The notes under the pieces are model-generated. The model did not search any database. It was not told where the DNA came from and saw nothing but the letters and a program-made list of their open reading frames with translations. From positions 8,986,587 to 9,050,586 of the forward strand of contig CM120648.1 in assembly GCA_051362555.1 (NCBI GenBank): a DNA stretch of 64,000 bases, given 5' to 3'. The translations under genes and the position numbers were made by a program. The stretch is from Lingula anatina. Lineage: Eukaryota; Animalia; Brachiopoda. Below, in pieces: positions 9,511 to 23,300 of this stretch (positions within the stretch are counted from its first letter, which is position 1; the number at the start of each line of letters is the position of its first letter).

Positions 9511-12500
9511 ATGCTTGAGAGTTGGAATTTCTTCTGTCTTTTGGCTGTTATGCTAATACCTGCACCAAAACTGTGCCTGGGGACGTCTGCCATTCCCTCC
9601 GATGATTTGATTCAAGTTAATAATCAATATTACAATCAGGATGTGAAATGTGTGAATATTAAATGTGCACCTGGTACGTCATATTTTTTCTAATTTATTT
9701 TGTTTTATTGCATTTAATGTTCATTTTATCCAAAGTTGAAGAACACTATTTTTGGTGCTGATGCCATGATGACTTAAAAAGGAAATTCATGTTATTTATG
9801 ATTCTTAAACTTACATAAAGCATACTTCAATATATTGTCTTTAAACTTACAGGATTGATCAATTTACTTAATTTGCTAAAATACAAGTTCCAAAGTTAGT
9901 TGGACTGGATATTTTTGGCAAAAGGTTTGCTTTATTTCCTGTTTTATGCATATTTTAAAAGTTAAATGGTAAATATTTCCCAAAATGAAAGAATCATGGG
10001 AAAAGTAACTCTATATGCTGACAAAAAGTCATATTTAGAGATTTTGGATATGACTTTAGATTTGACATTTGACCTTTATTTCAAATTCAAATGGGCCAAA
10101 ATTTAGTAAAAATATAAATTCTTATGGAAAAATATTTATTTGCGCTGAATTGTTTTGACAGTCTGGAGAGAAGTTACACTTGGTGCCATCTTTCATTATC
10201 TTGAGCTGGGGTCAATTGGTGCATTTTCATGAGAGAAGTAGTCATAAGATGCTAAAACTGAAAACTCTTGTCATTCTGGAACAGTAAAAATTTGATCCCT
10301 CTTGTTTGTTGTACTTTGTAGAGCTTTTTATGTGCAACACTGCAAGTGGTTTCATTTTTTGTTGTTGTTTATGTTTTTGTTAGTTTGTTTTCCATCTGGT
10401 TTAGGAGTTGCATTATTTCAAAAAGTAATGCTCATTGATGTTTTTTTTTGATGTTTTTTTTATGTCTGAAGTGAACATTTGGACCAGTGAACCTTCAGAC
10501 TATTGCTACGGCCCTGATATTTCAATTGCTTTTCCACATTTTGCAAATCAACTAACCCACATTTGTCTAGATGCAGCTAAAATGGATCCATCTATTGCTA
10601 TGATATAATTTTATTGGGCTTAATCTCTTAAAAATTAGGTATTGATTTTAGTGTTAAGCATCATCAAAATTGACAAAATAACCTATTTTTGCATCATTAT
10701 TTACTTTTATGTCTGTATGTATATATATATATATATATTACATCTTTGCTGCTTGTATTCTTTAATTTAATTATTGCTATAATTATTATTTTGTTTTAAA
10801 TATAAATTTGTTTTTCTAGGTTATCAAGCAGAACCATGTGACCCAAGGAACAAATCTTCCGCCTTTTGTAAAGAGTGTCCGGATGAGAGTTTTCAGCAAT
10901 TTGAAAATGATTTGACGGTCCGCTGCTCTGATAAGTAAGTATATGCATATAGATGGGAATGCTCTCTTATCTCTTATTGTGCAATCATTTCAAAACTGAC
11001 AACTTCTGTTGAAACATTGGTCAACTTTATGATAAGCATATCTTTTGACTTGGCAAGCTTTCAAACATGCACTTTTTAAATGTACAGACACAGATGTAGA
11101 TGCACATAGCCATTTGTGTCTGTCCTCGACATCATCAATATTGCCATGCACTTTCACTGTAATACAAATAAAATGAAAACCATTTTACGTTCTATCTTTA
11201 AACTTTTGATAAAATGCAAGTCAAGTTGGCGGATCAGTCTGGGCTCCTTTCCTCAACTTAACATGGCAATTTGTTACTACGCCATAACTCAAAACTGTCC
11301 CAGTTTTCAATTTTCGACTGAGCGCTAATATTGATATCACTTTTACATTTGAGGCTGTTACATTCGACAAGTAAATTCTGTCACAATTGCCTTAATTTGC
11401 ACATGCATAATTGGCATTTTATAATGTCTGTCATGTACGTAATCAAATATGGCAGCAAGTTCTGGTTGCTAGTCAGAATAGCATATAACAAAGCATGAAA
11501 GCTTATAAAAGATTGAGTCAACCTCTAATGGGGAAAACCTACAGTAAATTTAAAAGTGAAGAATGCTATGTATATAGAATATTATTTCATTAACCCCCCC
11601 AAAAAAAAATATGATGAACATTTTATAAAGTCATGATTTCTCATTATTTATTAAAAAAATCAAAGTTCAACATTTTGTGCATTATTTGATATTTCTGATG
11701 AATAAAAATCTGTGTAGTGTATTGATAAAAATCATGTTTTAAAGTTTCATTTTCTGCACAAAATGAAAAAGCAAAAACAAAGCATTCGGTCACACCATGA
11801 CCTTCCTCTACTCTCTACCAGGGCGAGTGATAGATTTTTTACAGATATTCACAGATATGTCTCTAGCTAGATAGATGTTCATTTAAGCTCAACTCTGAGT
11901 TGAGTTTAAAATGAACATCTATCTAGCTAGAGAAATATCTGTGAATATCTGTAAAATATCTATCACTCGCCCTGGTAGAGGGTAACCTTCCTCAGAGTCT
12001 GTTATAAGACTGAACACTACTAACCAATGTATCAATCCTTATAAAATAACATATGCTTTTCACTTATTGAATTGTTTTTGACATTTTATTGATGTTAACT
12101 CTTCAAATACACTGTAAAAGTATTTGTAATTGTGATACTCTTGTTAATTAAAACAATCTCTTGGTTATTTATGAAATTACATTTTGTAACTGTGTTATGA
12201 CATCTTTACTTTATGCAGCACTTGAACTTTAGTAGCGTGACAGGCTGTAGTTGTACTTCTGAACACGCAAATATTGCATGGTGTTTGCTAAAGTTTTGAG
12301 TTAACAGTTAAAGGGATAATAACTCTTCGTATGAAATCTGTATTTCACCATAAAAACATTGTGAATGACTCATAAAAATATAACATATTCTGTTTTCCCA
12401 CAAAAACGGCTGTTATAGCTATTATTCTGATATCTGAGCTTGTCTTTAGACCACGTGACCTCCATTGATAGCTATACTCTGATAAAATCTCTTAAGAGAT

Positions 12501-13608
12501 TTTAACAAAAAACCAAACTTTTTAGAAAAAAACCAGGGACTAACTTTGAATGTAAAAATGGATTCATTAACCATTGGTAAGTATGGGAAAATTGTTGTTT
12601 ACTCCAGGAAAATTATTTTTTTGGCCGAAACGAAGAGTTATTATCACTTTAAGTGCTATCAGCATCACAAATAACGATCCATCATTATGTTTGTGTGTGG
12701 TCGCAATTTGCAATGTTTTTTTGCACCATTATACAAAAGGAATAAAAAAGGTTTTAATTTTTGTCTTCAAAATTGCAGAACTGATTAATATTCATTAAAG
12801 CAAGGCCAATTTTGAAAATCAGCCTGATCGGACCACATTTTTCCAAATGTAATGCTCTTTTTATGTTCAGATACTGTAAGTGTCTGGATATAGTCTAGCT
12901 GATTGGTTCGTCTGTCAGTGTTGTTGCTGTCCCCATCGCTTCGCCTTCACTGTCACTGTCCCATAATTGCCAAACAATGGCTTTTTTTTTGTTTGTTAAA
13001 GAGGCAGGTTGCTTTCAAAAGTTGGCACAATCGGTTTACATTTAAAGTTATTGAAATTGATGTTAAGTGTAATGTAACATTGTTCAAAAATTGATAGAAA
13101 ATGTTTTGTGTGAGTTGCCACTGCAATACTCTAAAATGAAAATTGTATTATTTATTATTTTGTAACTGACAAGAATGGTTCACATACTGGTGCAGCTTAA
13201 ATTGGCAAACCAGCTTTTTTTTTTTTTTTTTTTTCTTGTTGTCTGTGCATTTGACAGCTTTGCTGTCTTGCTGTATGCAAACATAAGCTCCAGGTTGATA
13301 TTTACAATTATGATTCCATGTTTATTATAGTTTAAAGCCACATTTTTAGTAGTGGGTCATGACACTGAATATTATATTAAATAATATATATTATAACATT
13401 AAATATTATATTTTGATGTAATAATTATGTTCATCATTTTGAAGGCAGAAGTGTAGAGACCAGCCAGAGTCTGCGCGCCGTTGCACGGTGTATAAAAGCT
13501 ATGGTTCCACTACAGAGGACGCCAAGTGTGGATGTCTGGACGGCTGTGAATGGCGGAAAAATCTAAACGCTTGTATACCACTTTCTGGGCATACTGCAGA
13601 TGACAAAG
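9511..13608 (+). CDS. Gene A 5' module: signal peptide + TNFR-type cysteine-rich domains (3 exons), paralogous to gene B exons 1-3
   Basis: MLESWNFFCLLAVML...KCVNIKCAPG / YQAEPCDPRNKSSAFCKECPDESFQ..RCSDK / QKCRDQPESARRC..GSTTEDAKCGCLDGC. Same exon phases as gene B and an identical 115-nt exon 2 length. Confidence 0.85.
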
Positions 13609-14192
13609 GTTTGTGTTGTCCCTTGATCTCCTCTCTCTCTCTCTTTCTTGTTTTACCTTAACTTTTCTAAGATCAATACAATTACATCATGTGGATGCAT
13701 GCATATAGTGTGAATATTGTTATTCAGTTTTTATGAGGAAAGGAATGGAGGGGGATATATTTTTATGGGCTCAGCTTTTTTCACTGACTTTAAATGTATA
13801 TACATAATAATATTTATTTATTTGCTATAATCACCACCCAAGTGTTGAAGTTTTACAATGTATCATGTATAAAATCATAAGGTATTTAAAGGTAACTAAA
13901 AATTATAAGGTTAAAGACCAAAGCTAAAAACAAGACTTATAAGTGTGGGGCAGTATTTTACATAAAAAACTGTGCATTATAAAGGATGATTTAAGATGCT
14001 CTGTTTTCACTCTTGGTATTAAAAATTTGTTGCTGACCCTGAGATTTCTTGGATTCTTTTCTTAAAGCAGATGGTGTATTAACTTATTAAAATTCTTGAT
14101 TTTTGTAAAATAGTTCTTAAAAAAAAACATCACTTCTCTCCCTTAGAGAGGTAAGATTACTAGCCTGTAGGGCATCCTTGTAAGTTTAAAAT

Positions 14193-14258
<66 letters not shown>

Positions 14259-17200
14259 AAGCCATACCGTTCATATCAACATATAATCCAAAAAATCCGG
14301 AAGTACACAATGTCATAACTGGAAACTTACCTTTGGTAAAACAAGATGACAAAATGAATGAGATACTAACCGAAATGCAGATTATAAAGAGTAAGAGACA
14401 AAGTCCATCACTAAAGCAAATTTTAACAAAAGCAAAATTTGAAAACAATTCCAGGACAAATGTGGAAACCTCAACAATACAAGTACAGAAATGTGAGGTA
14501 CCCAGGTGTGGCACCTGTCCACTAATTAAAGAGGGGAGCCATATAACATTTAAAAATGGACTCACATTTAGAATTAAACACCCATTCACCTGCACTAGCT
14601 CAAATTTGATTTATGCATTAACTTGCAGTGGATGCGGTGAGAACTATATAGGACAAACTGGAGACACTCTCTGACATAGAATGACCGTTCACAGACAACA
14701 AATAAGACAACCTAAATATCAGTGCACGTCTGTGAGTGGGCACATTAGGGATTGCTCTATGAACAAAAACAAGGACTTTACGGTATTCCCATTTTATAAA
14801 TTCACTAGGGAAACAACCCAAACAGAAAGGAAAATGAAAGAAAATCTATTCATTAATAAGTATAAACCTACATTGAATAGATAAAAGCATTGGTAAAAGT
14901 AACAATTAAACACCCATTGTTAAAGACGTCACATTTTAGCCTTTATGACATCACCTAGTAACATATATATATATATGTAACATCTTAAGGACACTTATAA
15001 GGACACATTCCCCTACATGTTTAACGATTATGACGAGTTTTTTTTTGGTGATGATAAGTTCAGCTACCATGAAATTCCACTTAATTAGGTATGGGCATAT
15101 CAGATAACATACTTGCAAATATTCCACATGGCAAGATTTACAGACTCTGAGAAATTTTTCCCATGACACTCTTTGTCCCGCTGACAGCATATCTCTCAAA
15201 ACAAATTGACTGCAAACTGAACCTTTAAGTAGCATAACATTTTTTCATATCATATGTACCTATTATTTATACAAGTATTTTCTCCCCAAAACACTGCAAG
15301 AAAAAAATGTTATCTCACTACATTGTTGGAAAATCTGCTTTTTTCTCTTAGCCAACATCTTCACTCCTGTTCACCTCCAGCTAAATTTTGATATTTATTT
15401 TCTTCGTTTTACTTTAAGATTAAAATTCTGTATTTTCAGATAAACTTATTTAAAAACACTTCCTTCATTTTTTAAGGTTCAATGAGGTCTTTGTCCCCTT
15501 TATGTAGCGATCCATGTTAGAACTCATCGTTATCATTGCAATAATCATAATTATCATTTCAGCTTATCCCATGGCCAACAAAGACCCAGTTCTAATGTGC
15601 AATACTGCACCAGAACCTTCTTCAGGAGCACCTTTTGTCTTCTTAAAGGGAGAAAAGATGACTTTGAACTGTGATTGTTCTGAAAAGTAAGTGCATATAA
15701 CTTTAAATTGAATTGCCACTCAAAATCTTGCTTTCCGAGTTACATATATTAAGCAATGAATATGGATTTGTTTATTGTGGAAAAATACCTCAACTTGCCT
15801 CGAGACAATTTAATTTGCCAGTTGCAATCAAAATATTATGAACACCACTGTAGTGGTTCGTCAAAACCTAATGTGCACATTACCAAAGTACTTAGACCCC
15901 ATTCCCAGAGAATAGATCGATCCAACTGCCTGGGGGTTCACGCTAAAAAGCTGTCAGCCAAGCCGGCATGAAAGTTAATTACCCCCTCACAGCTTGTAGT
16001 AGGCGGGACAGACATTTAAGCTGGATTATCTGACAGTAATTTAATGAGATTCCCCACAGGGATAGAACGATCTAAAATATATGGGAATGTGCCCTTATAT
16101 TCCATATTTTATGTAAATAAAGATTAGGGAATACCTTTTGCGTTCCGCATCATGGGCCTTATTTTTCGAGCGTGATTCTGCATGAAACATGATTCAGGAA
16201 TTCTTGGGATTGGTGATTGACCTGTTTGTTTCCACAAGATCCATGGATGAGGTTTTAAAGCCAAAACTATGCTTGTGTGTTCAACCTGTCAACTATATTC
16301 TAGCAAACACAGCTAATGGTTTTATAGAAAATGTTTTGCTTTGTTCCTAAATACTTAAAAATATATAAAAAGACATGTTTGTCAGACAGTCCACCCTTGT
16401 CATGTCCGACATAGATATCTTTTGAAGACATATGACGTAATGTGTTGTAGGGCAAATAGCTCTTAAGTACTGGTAATGTGGCGGCCTCTTTACATAGCGC
16501 CGAAGTAAAGAATTCAATTAACTATGCAATTAAAAGTAATTAGAGTTGATGTACATTGCACAATAGTGCAGTTTTCAATTCAATAATTAATTAGTATGTA
16601 AGCGATGAGAACTGAGACCTTAGGGACAAGAGAGAGAGGAGACAGGAGAAGGAAAGGAGACTGGGAGCGACAGAGTACTGAGACATAGATTAGAGCTAGG
16701 AGTTGGAGACTTCACGTAGAATATGTACAGTAGCTACCGCGCGTCAACTAATAAATTGTTTAACTGGTCATTATGTGGACTTGGGTTTTCTTTGCTTGAC
16801 CTTACGTAAATCTGACACGAACCGTGGGTTGCGTTATCCACTAAGTTAGACCAAAACGTATTGTCCTATTTCGAGCACACCCTTGAATTAAGCATATAAA
16901 ATTATATAAGTTTAGGACATGTATTCATTCCATATGTATGAAAAGGTTCATTACACCCTGTCCAAATCTTTACCTATTCGGACTGAACTTTCGCCTATCC
17001 CAGACTGTCAGACATGCACTAATATGGAGTCCACAGTCATAACTGTGCTTCCAGTTCATTTTGTGTCAAAGCAGACACAATTATACTAGATTGATCCAAC
17101 TTGAACTGTGCAGGAGATTCTCCCTATAGCTAAGTGATCACTGTAATCAGTTTAAATGTCTGACAGACCTAGAGTTGTACGAGACAGGGTAATTTAGCTG

Positions 17201-18288
17201 AGTGCACATGAAAGTTAATGGGGTCATGTCGATACTACCTCACACCGTTACTCCCCCGCACCGATCGATATATTCCCTTGCACCATTACTCCCTCGTACC
17301 GATAATCCCCCTTAGTAATTTTTTGTATTATGCGCATCAATACCGATATTGCACACCGATAGATCCCCGCACTGGTACATCCCGGCACCGATACTCCCCC
17401 TCAGTATGTCTGTAATTGTGGGGGAGTATCCGTGTGGGGTAGTATTGGTGCGGGGATGTACCGGTGTGGGGGAGTATCAGTGCAGGGGATGTATAGGTAT
17501 ATATGTAACCAATTCAAGTTAATCACCCCTAGCTACTCAAGGAGGTGTGTCACACAAATTAACTGATTACACTAAATACGATTTACGGAGAATCCCAGGC
17601 AGTGCTGGAGTGTTCCAGCTTGTACAAAATGTTTGAATCTCACATGGTCTAAAAGTTTTGACAACCCCAATCATTGATATTGCATTCTTAAACCAGGACC
17701 AGTTGGCCAAAAAGTTTTTTGCACCTGAGGTGGTTAAAGGGATAATAACTCTAAGTATGAGATTTATATTTCACAATGAACATTAACATTGTTTTACCAC
17801 AAAAACGACAGTTATAGCTATTATTCTGATATCGGAGCTGGTCTTCAGACCACGTGACCTCCATTGACGACTATATACTCTGTTATAATCTCTTAAGAGA
17901 TTTTAACAAAAAAAAAACAAACTTTTTAGAAAAAAAAAAAAAAACAGGGACTAACTTTGAATGTAAATTTAAAATGGATTCATTAACCATTGGTAAGTAT
18001 GGGTAATTGTTGTTTACTCCAGGAAAATTCATTTTTTGGCCAAAATGAAGAGTTATTATCCCTTAAATTCAAATGTCTATTTATTTTCAGACCTGACCCC
18101 ACCATTGGCTGGTACAAATTGGCCGCCAATGGCACAGAAACGAACCCAGATGGCATTGCAGACAAGATCCCAAGCCTGTTCATTCCAAATGTGACCTTTG
18201 ATCATGAAGGGACCTATCGCTGCACTTTGTCCAATGGTTCTCGGAGCGAAGAAATTCAAGTTGTTGTGGAAGGTGAGCCAGTTTAATT

Positions 18289-18367
<79 letters not shown>

Positions 18368-20287
18368 TAGCATTGCCAAACAGTATCACTGACTTATTGA
18401 TTTCATCTTGTCTTGCTTAGGTGCCCCCGACTGGACAAAACCTGGGAGACCTAAGGACACCAATGTTACACTTACAGCTGGTGATGATTTTACCTTTGAA
18501 TGTGATGCTGAGGGAATTCCAACTCCTGACAAACCCAAGTTTTATTCCAATGGTCTGGAACTGGGTAAGCTAGGCTTCTGAACACTTTTCATATCATAGC
18601 AAACATTTCTGGGGTTTTGCAGCAGGGAGATATTAAAAAATATGAGCACTGCATATCCTAATTGGGCACTTTTCATTATATAGTCCCCGACAGAATGTGC
18701 ACAAATTATTTTTTTTTTACTTAACGACTGTCTTCGTGGGTACAAAGAAAACAACTTTCAGTTTAGAATTACTAGATATAAATATGTAGTCAACATCCTT
18801 TACATCATTTTAATATAACTACCATACACACCCAAACCCCATTATTACTTAATGTGGCAACCACTCTTTCACTGTTCCCCCTACCCCAATATTGCAACTA
18901 TATAGTCATAAATGAATGACGACATTATATGTCAACACAAAGTTATGCTATCCAAAGACATTATTCAATAGTTTGTGGTAACTGACCAACCAGAGGCCTA
19001 CAGTGCTACAAGAGTCAATCATATACAGTAATATAATAAAAGAGTACTCTCTACCAGGGAGACAGACTGATTTTTCACAGATATTAACAGATGTGTCTCT
19101 AGATAAATAAACAGTCATTTGGCTCTGTGACTTTTCCCATTTTTCCCTATATAATCTGCCACCTTGGTAGAGGGTAATAAAAGAGAGTGTCATTGTTACA
19201 ATAAAAAGAATGTTTTTTTTTTTTACATGTTAGGGTTTAGAAGCTCTATTTGGCTTTGAAATTCAATAAATTTGTGTTAAATTTTAACCACCACCAGAAG
19301 CTAAATTAAAACTGAAAGAGTGCAATGCTCCTTCACAATAGATAGAAGCAATAGAATCATAGCCAAGTTAACTTAATGTTGGTTAAAACAAAATATTAAA
19401 TATTAACCTAAATATAAACCTAAGAGGTGCGACATCATCAAAGAACTTTGATAACATGACTTGATGTCAATCCCCACTGACACAAACATGTTTGGTCTTT
19501 TGGGAATAGTTTACATTTTTATCATCAATACTGTATACCAATACAATACTCTCTACCAGGGCAACAGTTTGATTTTCGAAAGATATTCACAGATATGTCT
19601 ATAGATAAAAAGGCGATCATTTTGGTCTGTTGATCTAGAGACATATATCTGTGGAATATCAATCTGTCGCCCTGGTAGAGGGTACCAATACAAGATACAT
19701 GTGTTATCATTTCACCATAACCCAGTGTATAAGGGACTGTTCACATGCAAAATCTATTTTCTAAAAATCTATTTTCTATTCGCGGTATCTTGTGATCACG
19801 GTCTGTGCCCTGAATAACCTGCGGCGTAATTACTGGCAGCGCGAGCCAGTTACTTCCAAAGCTGTAATTAATTCTCGGCAGCGCTCGGAGTGATCACAAG
19901 ATACCGCGAATAGAAAATAGATTTTTAGAAAATAGATTTTTCATGTGAACGGAGTCTAAGTCTATTTTTCATGTGATAGATCTCAGTGAGCCCAGGATTG
20001 TGTATGATGAGCAGGAGCCGACCAAGTTTACCCTGAAGAACGTCAGCAAAGATGATATACAGGCATTTCAGTGTAACGTCAGCAACAAACATGGCTACCT
20101 CTTGGCCAACATTAACCTGAATGTTTTACGTGAGTTGAAATGCCCTCCTTTCCTACTCAAGTTTCATCTTATCTTGTTAAACTGCCCTCTATAGTACAAA
20201 AGACGGAATCAAGATTAGTAATCTTGGTGATCCTGTACACAGCTTTATTGTTAATCATGCTGCATGAATATGAACACATGCATGTTC

Positions 20288-20327
<40 letters not shown>

Positions 20328-23300
20328 TACAATCACTGTTATTCTGTTTTCTTGATCACAAGATTCAGATATAGAGTATCACATTCATTTTGATATTTGT
20401 TGTAAGTAGCTAAATTACTAGTTACTTTTGGTGTCCTGTTATCTTTCCATTTGTTTTATGGTATTATTTATTTTACTAATTATTCATTTGATTGTGTATT
20501 TCTTTCTTTCTTTTTTAATTTCTTTTTTCTTTCTTTATTTATTGTATTATCAGGAAGGACTCAGTTGCTTGTAGATCCTGAACAAAAAATTGTCTTTGAA
20601 GATGACAATAAGCCAACTAGTGTTAGGTTTAATTGCTCTGCCAGGGGAGACCCAAGCACCCCACTGAACTTCTCCTGGTTGTACTGGTACAGGTAAGCAG
20701 CAAATCAGGGCCCCGTATCTCGAAAGCATCGCGTATTGCGAATTGCTATATCAAATAGAATCTACAATGCATTATAAATATGGGACGAGTATGGGCGAGT
20801 TATGGAATCGAGACGCTTGCGCACATGCGCAACATAGCGAACCTTTCAAGATACGGAGCCCAGAACATCGTGGTTCTATAGGAGCCCGCTCTTGAAATTT
20901 TGATTTGCGTCATTTGTGTGGTGAATGGTTTTTATGTACAGACACAGATGTGTCTGTACATATTGCCATCACCTGCGTCTGTCGTCGATGCCGGTGCCGA
21001 TGCCGATGCCGTCGCCGTGCACTTTCCTTGTAAACACGATAAGTGGAGGACAGTTTTACTTTTTGGCTTTATATTTACAGAGCTGATGAATATTTATAAA
21101 ATGCAGGTCAAGTTCGAAAATCAGCATGATCGGGCCATTATTGTAGAAGTTATGCTGTTTTTTCACTTTTCAGCACATATGCAACCCTGTAAACACATTT
21201 TAAGAAAAACCGTTAGGCCTGTTGTCATGAGACTCACAGGAGTAATCAATCTTACTAAAATGCAGGTCAAGTTTGAAAATAGGCATGATCGGGCCACTAT
21301 TTTAGTAGCTATGCTGTTTTTTCATTTTTCAGCATATATGCAACACTGTAAACACAATATAAGAAAAACAGATCGGCCAATTCTCATTAAACTTACAGGA
21401 AAGGTCAATCTTACTAAAACGCAGGTTGAGTTCGAAAATCAGCATAATCAGGGCATTATTTCAGAAGTTATGCTGTTTTTTCACATTTCCTCAGATTCAA
21501 CTCTTAGGCATGTAAACAGTCTCATTATTGAACTAATAAGATACGTAAAAGTGTTTGTTTGACATTTCCTGCATCTTTACAACATTGTTAGTTGATTGTG
21601 TAAAAAAGATGGTAAACTTGTTATTGTATATTGTGTAATAAAGTGTCAAAAATGGAAATAAACTCATATCATTGCAGTTTGTCAGATTCAATCATTCACA
21701 ATGTTCAGAATCTCAGAATGGAGGAAATTGGACATTTGACACTATTCTATTGATATTATTCCCATCTCAGCAATTTTTTTAGTTGATCATATAAAAATTG
21801 CAGTAAACTGTTTATTTTGTTTTATGTTAAAAAAAGTGTTAAAAATGGAAATAAACCCATGTCAGAACAGTGCTGTCTTGTTTCACATTTCCTCAGATTC
21901 AATTCTTAGGCATGTAAACAGTCTCATTATTTAACTAATAAGACATGTAAAAGTGTTTGGTTGACATTTCCTGCATCTTTACAACAGTATTAGTTGATTA
22001 TGTAAAAATGATGGTAAACTTGTTATCGTGTATTGTGTAATAAAGTTTCAAAAATGGAAATAAACTCATATCATTGCAGTTTGTCAGATTCAATCATTCA
22101 CTATGTTCAGAATCTCAGAATGGAGGAAATTGGACATTTAACACTGTTGCATTGATATTTTTCCCATCTCATCAATTTTCTTAGTTGGGCGTATAAAAAT
22201 GGCAGTAACCTGTTAATTTTGTTTTATGTTAAAAAAAATTGTTAAAAATGGAAAAAAAAAACATTTCAGAATAGTGCTGTCTTGTTTACCTTTTGGCATT
22301 TTCAAGTTGTGACTTTGAAGTTCCATGGGCCTGAAGACCTTTGCTAGTCACATTTTCTGAATATCCATGATACTAATATTTTATTATTAAAAATTGATGG
22401 TCATTATGCTGTTAAACATTATGTAATATTGCATCAAAATTTGAAAAAAAACTATTTTGGGCACTGCTCCCATGACCATTTAAGAAAAACCATGTCACTT
22501 ACTGTTCTCAAACTTTCAGGAAAGAAACATGGGACTAAAATACAGCTTCAGTAGGCAATGCAGAATGTTTGGTAATTCTTACTGCCAGTTAAACAGTTTT
22601 TTTTTTAATTTATTTTTTCACATATTGGCATTTTCAAGGTGTGATTTTGAAGTTCCACGGGCTTGAAGACCCATGCTAGTCACATTTTCTAAAAATCCAT
22701 GATACATATATTTTATTATTAAAAATTGACGGTCATTATGCTGTTAACCATTATGTAATATTGCATCAGAATAGAAGAAAACACAATTTTGGGTGCTGCT
22801 GCCATGATGACCATTATGGGAAAACCATGTTACTTATGACTTTCAAAAAAGAAATACAGGACTAAAATGCAGCCTGAGTTGGAAAAGCAGTCTAATTGGC
22901 TTCTTTTTCTGGAAGTTATACATTTTCAAAGTGTGAACTTGAACTCCCATGGGCCTGAAGCCTTATGCTTGTTACACATTTTACTTACATTGGTATTACC
23001 TGTTGAGCATAATTAAAATTTGATGTTGAATTTGCAGTTTAACATAATGTACTTTTGCATCGGAATTGACAGTAGCCTATTTTGTGCATAGTAATTTCCT
23101 GCTATTTGTCTGTACATTTGACAGCTTTGCTGCCTTGTTTAAAGCTGTAGGTCTGGGATGGCATATGCCTGTAATTGAATAAATTAAACTATAGGAAGCT
23201 ACTAATTAATTACTGAATTACAATATAGCACTTTTTTTAGGATTTTAAACATGTGCCTCTATATATCAACTTACATGTATTTTCCTTTTAATTTTGAGAT

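Noticed and set aside
16477-16840. Possible solo LTR (TG start, AATAAA, CA end)
   Set aside because: No convincing TSD or terminal inverted match and no second copy in the window.
17215-17500. GC-rich inverted array of ACTCCCC/GGGGAGTA units
   Set aside because: Looks like a generic degenerate MITE with short internal repeats; boundaries could not be defined.
20900-21562. 220-aa ORF with repeated MQVKFEN.HD motifs
   Set aside because: Translation of ~160-170 bp tandem subunits inside a dispersed intronic repeat; no splice or domain support.
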